From Candidatus Heimdallarchaeota archaeon (GTDB lineage Archaea > Asgardarchaeota > Heimdallarchaeia > Hodarchaeales > Hodarchaeaceae): a stretch of DNA of 41,700 nucleotides. Each line of letters opens with the position of its first letter. The stretch's first letter is position 1. This document shows, piece after piece, positions 28,060-36,701 of this stretch. A program made the translations under genes and the position numbers. The notes beneath the pieces were generated by a model. That model saw only the letters and a list, made by a program, of their open reading frames with translations, was not told where the DNA came from and did no database searches. The stretch lies in the NCBI GenBank assembly GCA_020351745.1, contig CP070665.1:862833-904532 (forward strand). The letters run 5' to 3'.

Positions 28060-29127
28060 GTGAAAGAAATGAGCAAAACTGACTTGAAAGGTAAAGATTT
28101 CACTAGTGATGAAATAACTCATGAAATGCTTGATGTAAACGATGTTGCTCGTGCGTATCAACAAATTATGGGACAAGTTCGGAAAATTTACATTGGAAGG
28201 ACTGAAATCTTTGAAATGCTTTGGATTGCTATGTTAACTAGCAAGCACGTCTATCTTGAGGGCGTTCCTGGCATCGGAAAAACCTTTATGGCAGAAACCT
28301 TCTCCAAAGTTCTTGGGACTGTATATAGACGTATTCAATTCACTCCTGACATGCTTCCCTCTGATATTGTAGGAACCAATATCTTCAATCCCAAAACAGG
28401 TACCTTTCGTCTCAAGAAAGGCCCAATTTTTGGAAATGTGATCCTTGCAGATGAGGTTAATCGGGCTCCTCCAAAAACTCAATCTGCCATGCTTGAAGCA
28501 ATGGCGGAACGTCAGGTGTCAATTGAGGGGGAGACGCACAAACTCGAAAAACCTTTTGTTGTCATGGCAACTGCAAATCCAGTCGAGCAAGAAGGAACAT
28601 ATCCGTTGCCTGAAGCTCAATTAGACCGTTTTATGATTAAAGTTATTATCCATCATTCTTCTCCTGAGGATGAACTTCGCATTATTAAACTCGCAAACGA
28701 GCCAATTCCAGCTGCACTTTCACAGATTGTTTCTCCTCAAACCATTGTTGCTATGATGGAAGTAGTCAAGAGAGTATATGTGTGTCCTGAACTTCTGGAA
28801 ATGATCCGCGATATTACAGTTGCAACACGAGTCGACCCTCGCTTAGTCCTGGGATGTTCTCCTCGTGGAAGTGAAAGCCTCCTATTAGCAGGAAAAGCAC
28901 GTGCTGCTATCCATGGCCGTGAATTCGTCATTCCAGATGATATTCTTCTGATGATTCCTCATATTGTCCACCATCGTCTTATTCTAAAACCTGAAGCCGA
29001 ATTAGAAGGGATTACACAGATACGGATCGCAGAGGATATTCGAGATGGCTTAGTCATCCCAGTAGACCCATTAGAAGAAGAAGCTGTTTATGAGGAGTAC
29101 TATGAAGAAGAAGTATATGAAGAATAA
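28060..29127 (+). CDS. moxR: MoxR-family AAA+ ATPase
   Basis: Walker A LEGVPGIGKT, Walker B/sensor ILADEVNRAPPKTQSAMLEAMAERQVS, MATANPVEQEGTYPLPEAQLDRF. The C-terminal tail is unusual: EEEAVYEEYYEEEVYEE. The track start is GTG 28060; ATG 28069 is an alternative. Confidence 0.9.
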   Translation: MKEMSKTDLKGKDFTSDEITHEMLDVNDVARAYQQIMGQVRKIYIGRTEIFEMLWIAMLTSKHVYLEGVPGIGKTFMAETFSKVLGTVYRRIQFTPDMLPSDIVGTNIFNPKTGTFRLKKGPIFGNVILADEVNRAPPKTQSAMLEAMAERQVSIEGETHKLEKPFVVMATANPVEQEGTYPLPEAQLDRFMIKVIIHHSSPEDELRIIKLANEPIPAALSQIVSPQTIVAMMEVVKRVYVCPELLEMIRDITVATRVDPRLVLGCSPRGSESLLLAGKARAAIHGREFVIPDDILLMIPHIVHHRLILKPEAELEGITQIRIAEDIRDGLVIPVDPLEEEAVYEEYYEEEVYEE

Positions 29128-29192
29128 CCAGGGTTTAAACCCGTTTTACTCATCACGTTAAGAAATTGAGAATCGCATAGGTGTATATTTGA

Positions 29193-30692
29193 ATGCTTTC
29201 ATCTCGTGGAGCCTTCATTGCAATTGGAGGCATATTACTAATTTCAGTAGGACTAAGTGCTAAGGGAATAGGAACCGTTACTACAATGCTTCCTATCCTA
29301 TTTGAGGGGGAAGGTTTAACTCAAGTTTCTGGTGGAAACCAGACTGACGGAACCCAAACAAATGGAAATCAATCTCTAGGTATTCCAACAGGAATGGAAA
29401 TTCTTGAACCGTTTAATATCTTGAATAGTTCTCCAATTGTCGACTATGCGATGTTTTTAGGCACATTATTACTTCTGGCAAGTGTCATTGGCCTTCCATT
29501 TTTTCGTGCATCGGCCAACGCTTCTCTCATACGAGTCACACGTACTGTCGACCGAGAAAAAGCTTTCGCAGGAGAGTATGTCCATGTCACAGTTAAGGTT
29601 GAAAACACTGGACGAAGACGACTGGATTTTCTTGAGATCTATGATGCTATCCCTGACATGTTTGAAATAGCTCTAGGGGAGAACTTCATTGTCACCCAAC
29701 TTGCGGGTAGAGAAACCAAGGAATTTTCTTATATCGTTCAAGTGAGTACTCGGGGAGTTTATCGTATTGGTCCAGTCAAAGTCATTATTCACGATAGATT
29801 AGGATTTTACTTTGAAGAAGATGTAAGACACTTCTATACTGAAATTCTCTGTTACCCCTCGTATGAGGATATTAGACGAATGGAGGCTTTAAGTAAACGC
29901 CGCCAACAAGGTAAGATGTTTGGGGCTCACAAAACCAAGCAAAAAGGAATGGGCGATGATTTCCATGCATTAGCTCGATATTATCCAGGAGCTCCCTTCA
30001 AATCTCTCGATTGGAAAGCATTCAGTCGTACTGGAGAATTGATGGTTAGAGAGTTTGAATCAGAGAAAAATATTCGGATGGTTGTATTTCTTGACCACAG
30101 TGGTAGTATGGGTGCTGGTATTCCGTTTAACACCAAACTTGATTTTGCTATTCGCTCTGTGATGCTTGTCATGAAAATGGCTGAGGAACGTCAAGATCTA
30201 TTTGGATTGGTAACGTTTGCAGACCGACCGACATCTTTCCTCCCACCAGGGGGAGGAAAAGCGATGTTCTTCCAATTATTAGAGATTTTAGCGTTGGTAG
30301 AACCACATGGCCGATCTGATCCGTTGGCTGCTGTAGATTTCGTGATGCAAAGGGTGCCGAGAGCATCATTTTATGTTTTCTTAACAGACCTTGAATCCTC
30401 TGATTCAGAAATCTTCACTGAAGCAGCAAAGCGGGCACGATCAACAAAAAACAATATAACCGTAATATCTCCTTTCGGTCCACTATTTGAAACAAAACTT
30501 GCTGATCTGACAGCAACAGAACGCGCTATCGCAGAAGCTATATTTGAAGAGTACCTTGGCTATAGGAAACAAGTAGAAGATAGATTAAGGGGATTAGGAG
30601 TCGAAATCATTAATGTTGGGCCTGATGATATGCTCCCCAATGTAATCAAGACTTATATGGAAGGTAAACAGGCAGGAAAAGGATCTGTGTAA
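29193..30692 (+). CDS. DUF58-family protein (membrane-anchored, vWA-like with MIDAS-type motif)
   Basis: 499 aa with N-terminal TM segments. It has a beta-sandwich segment VTRTVDREKAFAGEYVHVTVKVENTG, and VVFLDHSGSMG (DxSxS). This protein is the standard partner of MoxR. An SD-like AGGTG lies 9 nt upstream of the ATG. Confidence 0.85.
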   Translation: MLSSRGAFIAIGGILLISVGLSAKGIGTVTTMLPILFEGEGLTQVSGGNQTDGTQTNGNQSLGIPTGMEILEPFNILNSSPIVDYAMFLGTLLLLASVIGLPFFRASANASLIRVTRTVDREKAFAGEYVHVTVKVENTGRRRLDFLEIYDAIPDMFEIALGENFIVTQLAGRETKEFSYIVQVSTRGVYRIGPVKVIIHDRLGFYFEEDVRHFYTEILCYPSYEDIRRMEALSKRRQQGKMFGAHKTKQKGMGDDFHALARYYPGAPFKSLDWKAFSRTGELMVREFESEKNIRMVVFLDHSGSMGAGIPFNTKLDFAIRSVMLVMKMAEERQDLFGLVTFADRPTSFLPPGGGKAMFFQLLEILALVEPHGRSDPLAAVDFVMQRVPRASFYVFLTDLESSDSEIFTEAAKRARSTKNNITVISPFGPLFETKLADLTATERAIAEAIFEEYLGYRKQVEDRLRGLGVEIINVGPDDMLPNVIKTYMEGKQAGKGSV

Positions 30693-30695
30693 AAA

Positions 30696-32018
30696 ATGCC
30701 AGCAGGACAAGCTACAGCTCATTTCTTTCGCATTCTCTATATTATCTTGTTTGTGTTCTCAGGTCTCTTTGTTCTCGCCAGTATTGATCCATCTATGTTT
30801 GATTTCACACAAATCTTTAATATCTTAGAGTATATAATGTTGATTGTACAAGGACTGATTGAAGCCTTAGCAAGTGCAGCTCTCGCTGTGGTTGCCACGA
30901 TAGCCTCAGCTAAAAGTACTATTCCTTTAATTGGGAGTACTGGTGCCAATATTAATGAGATGTCATCCACACTTGGAGCTATAGTCAATCCTGCAAATAG
31001 CTTTTTCCCTCATGCTAGTCCAACAACAACAGAAACTAAATTTCTAGAGGATTTTGGCAATTTCTTTGGAGCTACAACTATCTTAATTCTTCTTCCCATA
31101 GCATTTCTTTCAGGACTTGGTTTTCTTCGAGAAGGAGACACTAAACTAGCTATCTATTCATTTCTTGGATTTCAACTTATCATAATAATTTCAATTTTCA
31201 CCCAGAAAATCAATATCCCATTAACAATTGATTCTTCAGACTTGATAACAATGATGTTAAGTCCTATTTTTACTCTCGGATTTTTATTGTACCTTCTACT
31301 AGAGATTGCGTTCCAAACGTCGTACACATTGAACATAATTGAACCTATGACAGAACGAGAAAAACGGATTCAAGAACATCTAAGGAGAATTCGTACGTTC
31401 GTACCCCTATCTGAAGAAGAAAAAGGAAAAGAACAATCTATTCAAAGTGTGCAATCAAAAAAGTTTGGACTACTTGCAGCTAGCTATTTAAGGGAAATGG
31501 TTGAAAGACGTGTCTTTAAAAAAGGAGAAGTAATGCGGGACGCCAAATCAATGATGCGGTTGCAATCTTATCTCGCAAGTCTGAATCAAAGCGATCCTGA
31601 AACCGATTTGAAATTAGCAGCAAAAACTGCTCAACCTGATGTCTCTGCATTACTTAAACATTTCATTCCAGCAATGGTTTTACGAATCATTGCAGTTACA
31701 GTCCTCTCCTATATTATTCTAGCGCCACAAACTATCCTTACTCCTCTAATGGGACGTTCTTTTCCAGCTCTCCTTCAAAGTCTAGAATTAACTCAACCAG
31801 AGTTCCAAACAATTGCTATTCTTAATGTAGTCCTGCTTTTCATTCTCATTGGCGCAATTCTACATTACTTGACCAGTGGAAGAACAGGTGAAATCTTTGA
31901 AAGGGTAGTTCAGCAAATTGATACATTAGTGGATTTTGATAGAGGCCCTAAACCAGCTATAACCACTGAAGAAGAAGAAGACGAAGAATCTGCAGATGAA
32001 GAGGAAGAAATTTCCTAA
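30696..32018 (+). CDS. hypothetical polytopic membrane protein with ~120-aa cytoplasmic helical insert and poly-acidic C-terminal tail
   Basis: 440 aa. Starts 3 nt after the DUF58 stop. About 6-7 TM segments by eye. The tail is TTEEEEDEESADEEEEIS. I see no transglutaminase Cys-His-Asp core. Confidence 0.6.
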   Translation: MPAGQATAHFFRILYIILFVFSGLFVLASIDPSMFDFTQIFNILEYIMLIVQGLIEALASAALAVVATIASAKSTIPLIGSTGANINEMSSTLGAIVNPANSFFPHASPTTTETKFLEDFGNFFGATTILILLPIAFLSGLGFLREGDTKLAIYSFLGFQLIIIISIFTQKINIPLTIDSSDLITMMLSPIFTLGFLLYLLLEIAFQTSYTLNIIEPMTEREKRIQEHLRRIRTFVPLSEEEKGKEQSIQSVQSKKFGLLAASYLREMVERRVFKKGEVMRDAKSMMRLQSYLASLNQSDPETDLKLAAKTAQPDVSALLKHFIPAMVLRIIAVTVLSYIILAPQTILTPLMGRSFPALLQSLELTQPEFQTIAILNVVLLFILIGAILHYLTSGRTGEIFERVVQQIDTLVDFDRGPKPAITTEEEEDEESADEEEEIS

Positions 32019-32041
32019 TCTTACCATTCGAGGAATTTTAA

Positions 32042-32575
32042 ATGTCTAAATTGGATCCTGAAAGCAGTGAAGCGCGTAAATCAATAGCTAAAGAGATTCC
32101 TGACTATGGTAAATATGAAAAATTAACAGATCGAAAATCAACCGAAGACGCTGTACGACATTATCTAGAATCACGTCTCTCAACCTGTTCTGATGACATC
32201 AAAAAAATTCAAGAAGCAGCTTTGATGAGTCAAATGATTACAACGTGGTCTGATCTCGACAGATTAGTCTCTAGTTTTTCAGACCTTCGTTATCTAATTC
32301 GAATGACAGAGTATGGCATCAGTACATTCTTTGACTCCGACGTGATCAAAGAGTTTGACTTGAGTTATCTCTATACATTAGAAAAGACTATTCTCGACAT
32401 TATTAGCCGATTGGATGATAAAATTGCTCGTTTTGATGATGCTATTGAGAGTGGTATGCTGTCAGACAGCAGCCGTTTGACAAATGAAATTTTGGATGAT
32501 TTGTCCGCTATTAGAGATGCGTGGGAAGAACGAAAAAAATTAATCTCTGATTTTCAAAAACTAGGATTGGTATAA
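32042..32575 (+). CDS. hypothetical soluble helical protein (last gene of the MoxR module)
   Basis: 177 aa with GAGGA 8 nt upstream of the ATG and a 23-nt spacer from the preceding gene. No recognisable motif. Confidence 0.5.
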   Translation: MSKLDPESSEARKSIAKEIPDYGKYEKLTDRKSTEDAVRHYLESRLSTCSDDIKKIQEAALMSQMITTWSDLDRLVSSFSDLRYLIRMTEYGISTFFDSDVIKEFDLSYLYTLEKTILDIISRLDDKIARFDDAIESGMLSDSSRLTNEILDDLSAIRDAWEERKKLISDFQKLGLV

Positions 32576-32624
32576 CTTCAATCTCCAATTAATTCTGAAA
32601 ATTAAGATTTATGACTATCTTATG

Positions 32625-32675
32625 ACCATAATTTGAGATTATTATGGTTTATACTTTTATAGCTCATTTTTTTTT
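32625..32675 (+). terminator. hairpin plus T9 tract closing the MoxR module
   Basis: ACCATAAT (32625-32632) pairs with ATTATGGT (32641-32648). A T9 run follows at 32667-32675. Confidence 0.4.
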
Positions 32676-32751
32676 CGTTCAGTGAGTCTTATATTTCAGA
32701 AAACACAATTTCTGATTTGATCAGCTTTGAATAACGAAAGGTGGTTTCAGT

Positions 32752-34008
32752 TTGAGCGAAACTAAAGTTTTTAATCGATATCTTGTGATGGTAGGTGCAA
32801 TTGTTGCACAATTGTGCTTAGGTTCTATTTATGCATGGACGATATTCCAGACAGCGTTACTTGAACAAAATGGTCCATATGGATGGGATAACCTATTAAC
32901 CCAACTTCCATTCTCAGTAGGGTTAGCATCCTTTGCATTATTCATGATTTTTGCTGGAAAATGGCAGGATCGGGTTGGTCCTACTAAAGTTGCTACTGTA
33001 GGTGGTATTCTTCTGGGTGGTGGATATATTCTAGCAGGTTTGGTAGATATCATTGCTTCTGGTAATGAAATGCTTGGATTTTTATGGCTGGCTTTAACTT
33101 ATGGTTTAATCGGTGGAGCAGGTATTGGGTTTGCTTATGTCTGTCCTATTGCAGCACTAGTGAAGTGGTTCCCTGATCTTAAAGGATTAATAACTGGAAT
33201 TGCTGTAGCAGGATTTGGGGCAGGAGCCCTTATTTTCACACAAGTAGAGACAGCTTTAATACCAGAGGAGGGCACTGTTGGACTGGCATTTTTCTTACTT
33301 GGAATTCTCTATCTTATAGCTGTTGTGGGTTCAGCTCAACTTCTCCGTAATCCTCCAATCGGATGGACTCCAGAAAAGTATACAAAACCTGACATACAGA
33401 TAAGACCTACAGGAAAAGAAGAGACTGAACCACTGGAAATGATAAAGACACCTGAATTTTGGCTTTTATGGGGAATGTTTGTTTTGGCGGCTTCAGCAGG
33501 TTTAATGACCATTGGGAATGTAAAATCATTTGCAATTGCTCAAAATACAACCATTGCTAATGATGCAGTCTTAGCAGCATCAATTGCAGGCATTCTTTCA
33601 ATTTTTAACGCTGCAGGACGTATCGTATGGGGTGCAATTTCTGATCGAATTGGACGTTCGATCACGATGATTTTAATGTTTGGAACCTTAGGAGTCTCTA
33701 TGATATTCTTTAGTATCCAAACAGAAGTAATAACCTTGACTATAGGTGCTGCTCTTATTGGTTTTTGTTTTGGAGGCAATTTTGCGTTATTCCCCTCTAC
33801 TACTGCTGACTACTTTGGAACCAAAAACCTTGGTAGTAACTATGGCTTGGTATTCACATCTTATGGTGTTGCAGGAATTCTTGGACCATTTCTAGCGGGA
33901 GTCATGACTTATGAAGAAGCCTTCCCTCTACTTGGTTTACTTGCTTTCCTAGCACTTGGCTTAGCAATAGTAACTGAATTGTTAGCACGTCGGAAGATTA
34001 AGGCTTGA
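32752..34008 (+). CDS. MFS transporter, oxalate/formate antiporter (OFA)-like monocarboxylate transporter
   Basis: 418 aa, about 12 TM. The OFA-type N-terminus is LCLGSIYAWTIFQTAL ... FAGKWQDRVGPTKVA. TTG start with SD-like AAGGTGG 7 nt upstream. Confidence 0.8.
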   Translation: MSETKVFNRYLVMVGAIVAQLCLGSIYAWTIFQTALLEQNGPYGWDNLLTQLPFSVGLASFALFMIFAGKWQDRVGPTKVATVGGILLGGGYILAGLVDIIASGNEMLGFLWLALTYGLIGGAGIGFAYVCPIAALVKWFPDLKGLITGIAVAGFGAGALIFTQVETALIPEEGTVGLAFFLLGILYLIAVVGSAQLLRNPPIGWTPEKYTKPDIQIRPTGKEETEPLEMIKTPEFWLLWGMFVLAASAGLMTIGNVKSFAIAQNTTIANDAVLAASIAGILSIFNAAGRIVWGAISDRIGRSITMILMFGTLGVSMIFFSIQTEVITLTIGAALIGFCFGGNFALFPSTTADYFGTKNLGSNYGLVFTSYGVAGILGPFLAGVMTYEEAFPLLGLLAFLALGLAIVTELLARRKIKA

Positions 34009-34048
34009 ATTGGATGGGCGTCAATTAACATGACGCCTTACACCTCTT
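34008..34048 (+). terminator. hairpin plus T-rich tract after the MFS gene
   Basis: GGCGTCA (34008-34014) pairs with TGACGCC (34022-34028). The T-rich stretch TCTTTCTTTTTGT follows at 34036-34048. Confidence 0.4.
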
Positions 34049-34271
34049 TCTTTTTGTATATTTGTTAAAACTCTGTATTATTGTTTTTATCACACTATTT
34101 TTTGAATAAAAAAAAATCCAATATTAAATTATAAATTAGTCATTTTTAAAGGTAAGAAACTTCTTAAAAAATTCTTGAACCGCTCTGAATCAGATTATAG
34201 AGGCTTATTTTCCTCTGTAATGTTATTTAAATGCACACCATGGTGAAATGAATAATTATTAAGGCGATATT

Positions 34272-36305
34272 ATGTCAGAGCTAACAGAAACAGAGAAAGA
34301 AAAAGCAAAAAAATATTATCCTCTGCCTGAACTGGCTAAAAATGCTAGAACTCCAAATATGGAGGCTTATTTCGAAAAATGGAAATACTCCATAGAAAAT
34401 ATTGAAGATTTTTGGGCTGAGGAAGCGAAAAAAATCTATTGGTTTTCTCCGTATGAGAAGGTTTGGGCTCCCCCAACAGGGAATAAAGACGAATTCGTTG
34501 GAAAATGGTTTGTGGGAGGCCAACTTAATGTCACATACAATTGTCTTGATCGGTGGGTAGAAAAAGGATATGGAGAAGAAACAGCATTAATTTGGATGGG
34601 AGAAGACGACAGTGTCAAAAAATATAGCTACAAATCGCTTATGGACGAAGTTAATAAAGCAGCTAATGCATTGAAATCATTAGGAGTTAAAAAAGGCGAT
34701 CGTGTCTGTATTTGGTTACCCATGATAGACTCTCTCGCTATCGTAATGTTAGCATGTGCCCGTATTGGTGCTATCCATTCAATCGTGTTTGGCGGTTTTT
34801 CTGCAGAGTCAGTCAAGGACAGAATTGATGATTCTGAATGTAAAGTCTTGTTTGTAGCAGATGAAGTTCGAAGAGCTGGTAAAATTAGACCAATGAAAAA
34901 CAACCTTAGAGGCATTATTGAAGCTTGTGACTCAATTGAAACAGTTGCGGTCATCAAACTCACTGGTGGAGATGTCTATGAATACCAAAAGGATGTTGAT
35001 TTCTTAGCTTTGATGCAGGAACAGCCAACTGAATGTGAAAGCGAAATAATGGATGCTGAAGACCCTCTTTTCATTCTATATACCAGTGGTACTACTGGAA
35101 AACCTAAAGGTGTCGTACATACAACAGCTGGTTATTTGATTTTTGGGGTATCTACAAACTTCTATGTATGGGATTATTCCTGCTTACTTGATTTAAAGGG
35201 TGCAACACCAGCAACACGAGATGTATGGTATTGCACTGCAGATATTGGATGGATTACAGGCCATACACAAATCATTTATGCCCCCTTATCTTTAGGGGCG
35301 ATTTCTATTATGTATGAAGGTGTACCCACATACCCACACCGGGGTAGATTCTGGGAAATTTGTGATAAGTTTGGAGTAACTCATTTTTACACTGCGCCAA
35401 CCGCCATTCGTGCATTAATGAAATTTGGTGACGATCATGTCACTAAATGGAATCTCAGCAAACTTAAGATGTTGGGGACTGTAGGGGAAGTTTGTAATTG
35501 GCCAGAATGGAAATGGTACTGGGATGTCGTTGGACAAGGTTCTAGTGGTGACAAACCGGAAGGTCCCCCCATTGTAGACAGCTACTGGCAGACAGAGACT
35601 GGTTCATACATGATGGTTAATTTTGGTGCAATCACTCCAATGAAAGCTGGTTCATGTACATTCCCATTCTATGGAGTTAACCCCGTCCTATTGGACGATT
35701 CTGGTGACAAGATCAGTGAACCACATACACAAGCCTATTTTGCGTACGATAAACCTTGGCCAGGGCTCATGAGGACGGTTTGGGCCGACCATGAGCGCTT
35801 TGTGAATACATATCTCACTCAATTTGAAGGTCATTACTTTACTGGGGATTACGCAATGATTGATGAGGAAGGTTATTATTTCATCCTCGGTAGATCCGAT
35901 GACGTCCTTAAAGTCTCCGGTCACCGACTTGGGTCAGCTGAAGTTGAAGCTGCCATCAACTCCCACCCAAAGGTTGCTGAAAGTGCAGTTATTCCTTATC
36001 CTCATCCTGTCAAGGGTTCAACAATTTTTGCCTACATTACGCTTATGAGTGATGTTGAGCAGACCGAGGAACTGAAAAAAGAAATTCAGACTCACGTTAG
36101 ATCTGTAGCTGGCCCTGCAGTTTATCCTGAGGTTATCATGTTTGCAGAGGCTGTACCAAAAACCAGATCAGGGAAAATAATGAGACGAATTCTTAAAGCT
36201 GTAGCAGAAAAGAAAGATATCGGTAATGTGATGACACTGTCCAATCCAGAAGTTGTCGAGGAGCTTATTGCTCGTAGAAAGATGATGGGTGAAATTAAAT
36301 TCTAA
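34272..36305 (+). CDS. acs: acetyl-CoA synthetase (AMP-forming)
   Basis: 677 aa. AMP-binding signature YTSGTTGKPKG, YWQTETG, and the C-terminal PKTRSGKIMRRIL containing the conserved catalytic/acetylatable Lys. Confidence 0.95.
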   Translation: MSELTETEKEKAKKYYPLPELAKNARTPNMEAYFEKWKYSIENIEDFWAEEAKKIYWFSPYEKVWAPPTGNKDEFVGKWFVGGQLNVTYNCLDRWVEKGYGEETALIWMGEDDSVKKYSYKSLMDEVNKAANALKSLGVKKGDRVCIWLPMIDSLAIVMLACARIGAIHSIVFGGFSAESVKDRIDDSECKVLFVADEVRRAGKIRPMKNNLRGIIEACDSIETVAVIKLTGGDVYEYQKDVDFLALMQEQPTECESEIMDAEDPLFILYTSGTTGKPKGVVHTTAGYLIFGVSTNFYVWDYSCLLDLKGATPATRDVWYCTADIGWITGHTQIIYAPLSLGAISIMYEGVPTYPHRGRFWEICDKFGVTHFYTAPTAIRALMKFGDDHVTKWNLSKLKMLGTVGEVCNWPEWKWYWDVVGQGSSGDKPEGPPIVDSYWQTETGSYMMVNFGAITPMKAGSCTFPFYGVNPVLLDDSGDKISEPHTQAYFAYDKPWPGLMRTVWADHERFVNTYLTQFEGHYFTGDYAMIDEEGYYFILGRSDDVLKVSGHRLGSAEVEAAINSHPKVAESAVIPYPHPVKGSTIFAYITLMSDVEQTEELKKEIQTHVRSVAGPAVYPEVIMFAEAVPKTRSGKIMRRILKAVAEKKDIGNVMTLSNPEVVEELIARRKMMGEIKF

Positions 36306-36324
36306 GATGAATTATTCTCTCTTA

Positions 36325-36341
36325 TTTTTTTTCATTTTTTT
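36325..36341 (+). terminator. oligo-T terminator after acs
   Basis: A T8 (36325-36332) and a T7 (36335-36341) lie 20-36 nt past the acs stop. Confidence 0.5.
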
Positions 36342-36404
36342 CTCTTCTTGAATAACTGTTAAGGGTCAGTCAACGAGAAAATTCAATAATATCTACTGTG
36401 GGAA

Positions 36405-36701
36405 TTACTTCCTCACTTCTCCTCTTAAAGCTTCCATTGTTTGTTGTGGTGATAAGCTTTTAAGTCGAAAGACCTTCATTGAGCTGGTCTGTCCTGACTC
36501 TAATATCACTTCAGTCTGGAATTTTTTTCGAAACATTCTTAGAAGTTTTCTATTTGCCTTTCCCTTGGTAGGAGGGGCCTTAACTGTTACTACAAGGCTC
36601 TCATGATTGATAATGAACTGATCTTCTTTTTGAAGAGTTTTCACATTAACTATTACTAGTGTGTCTTTATCATCTGATTTTAGCCAGGATTTTTTTCGCA
36701 T
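36405..36701 (-). CDS. DUF167 (YggU/UPF0235) family protein
   Basis: 98 aa. The core VVTVKAPPTKGKANRKLLRMFRKKF is the DUF167 signature. Its ATG lies 22 nt inside the 3' end of the upstream 663-aa ORF. Confidence 0.75.
   Translation of the reverse strand: MRKKSWLKSDDKDTLVIVNVKTLQKEDQFIINHESLVVTVKAPPTKGKANRKLLRMFRKKFQTEVILESGQTSSMKVFRLKSLSPQQTMEALRGEVRK

Noticed and set aside
30696-32018. The 440-aa membrane protein considered as the transglutaminase-like (TgpA/DUF3488) partner usual in MoxR/DUF58 clusters.
   Set aside because: There is no Cys-containing transglutaminase core motif and no His/Asp partners in a soluble domain. The cytoplasmic insert is purely helical and charged. It is kept as an unclassified membrane protein.
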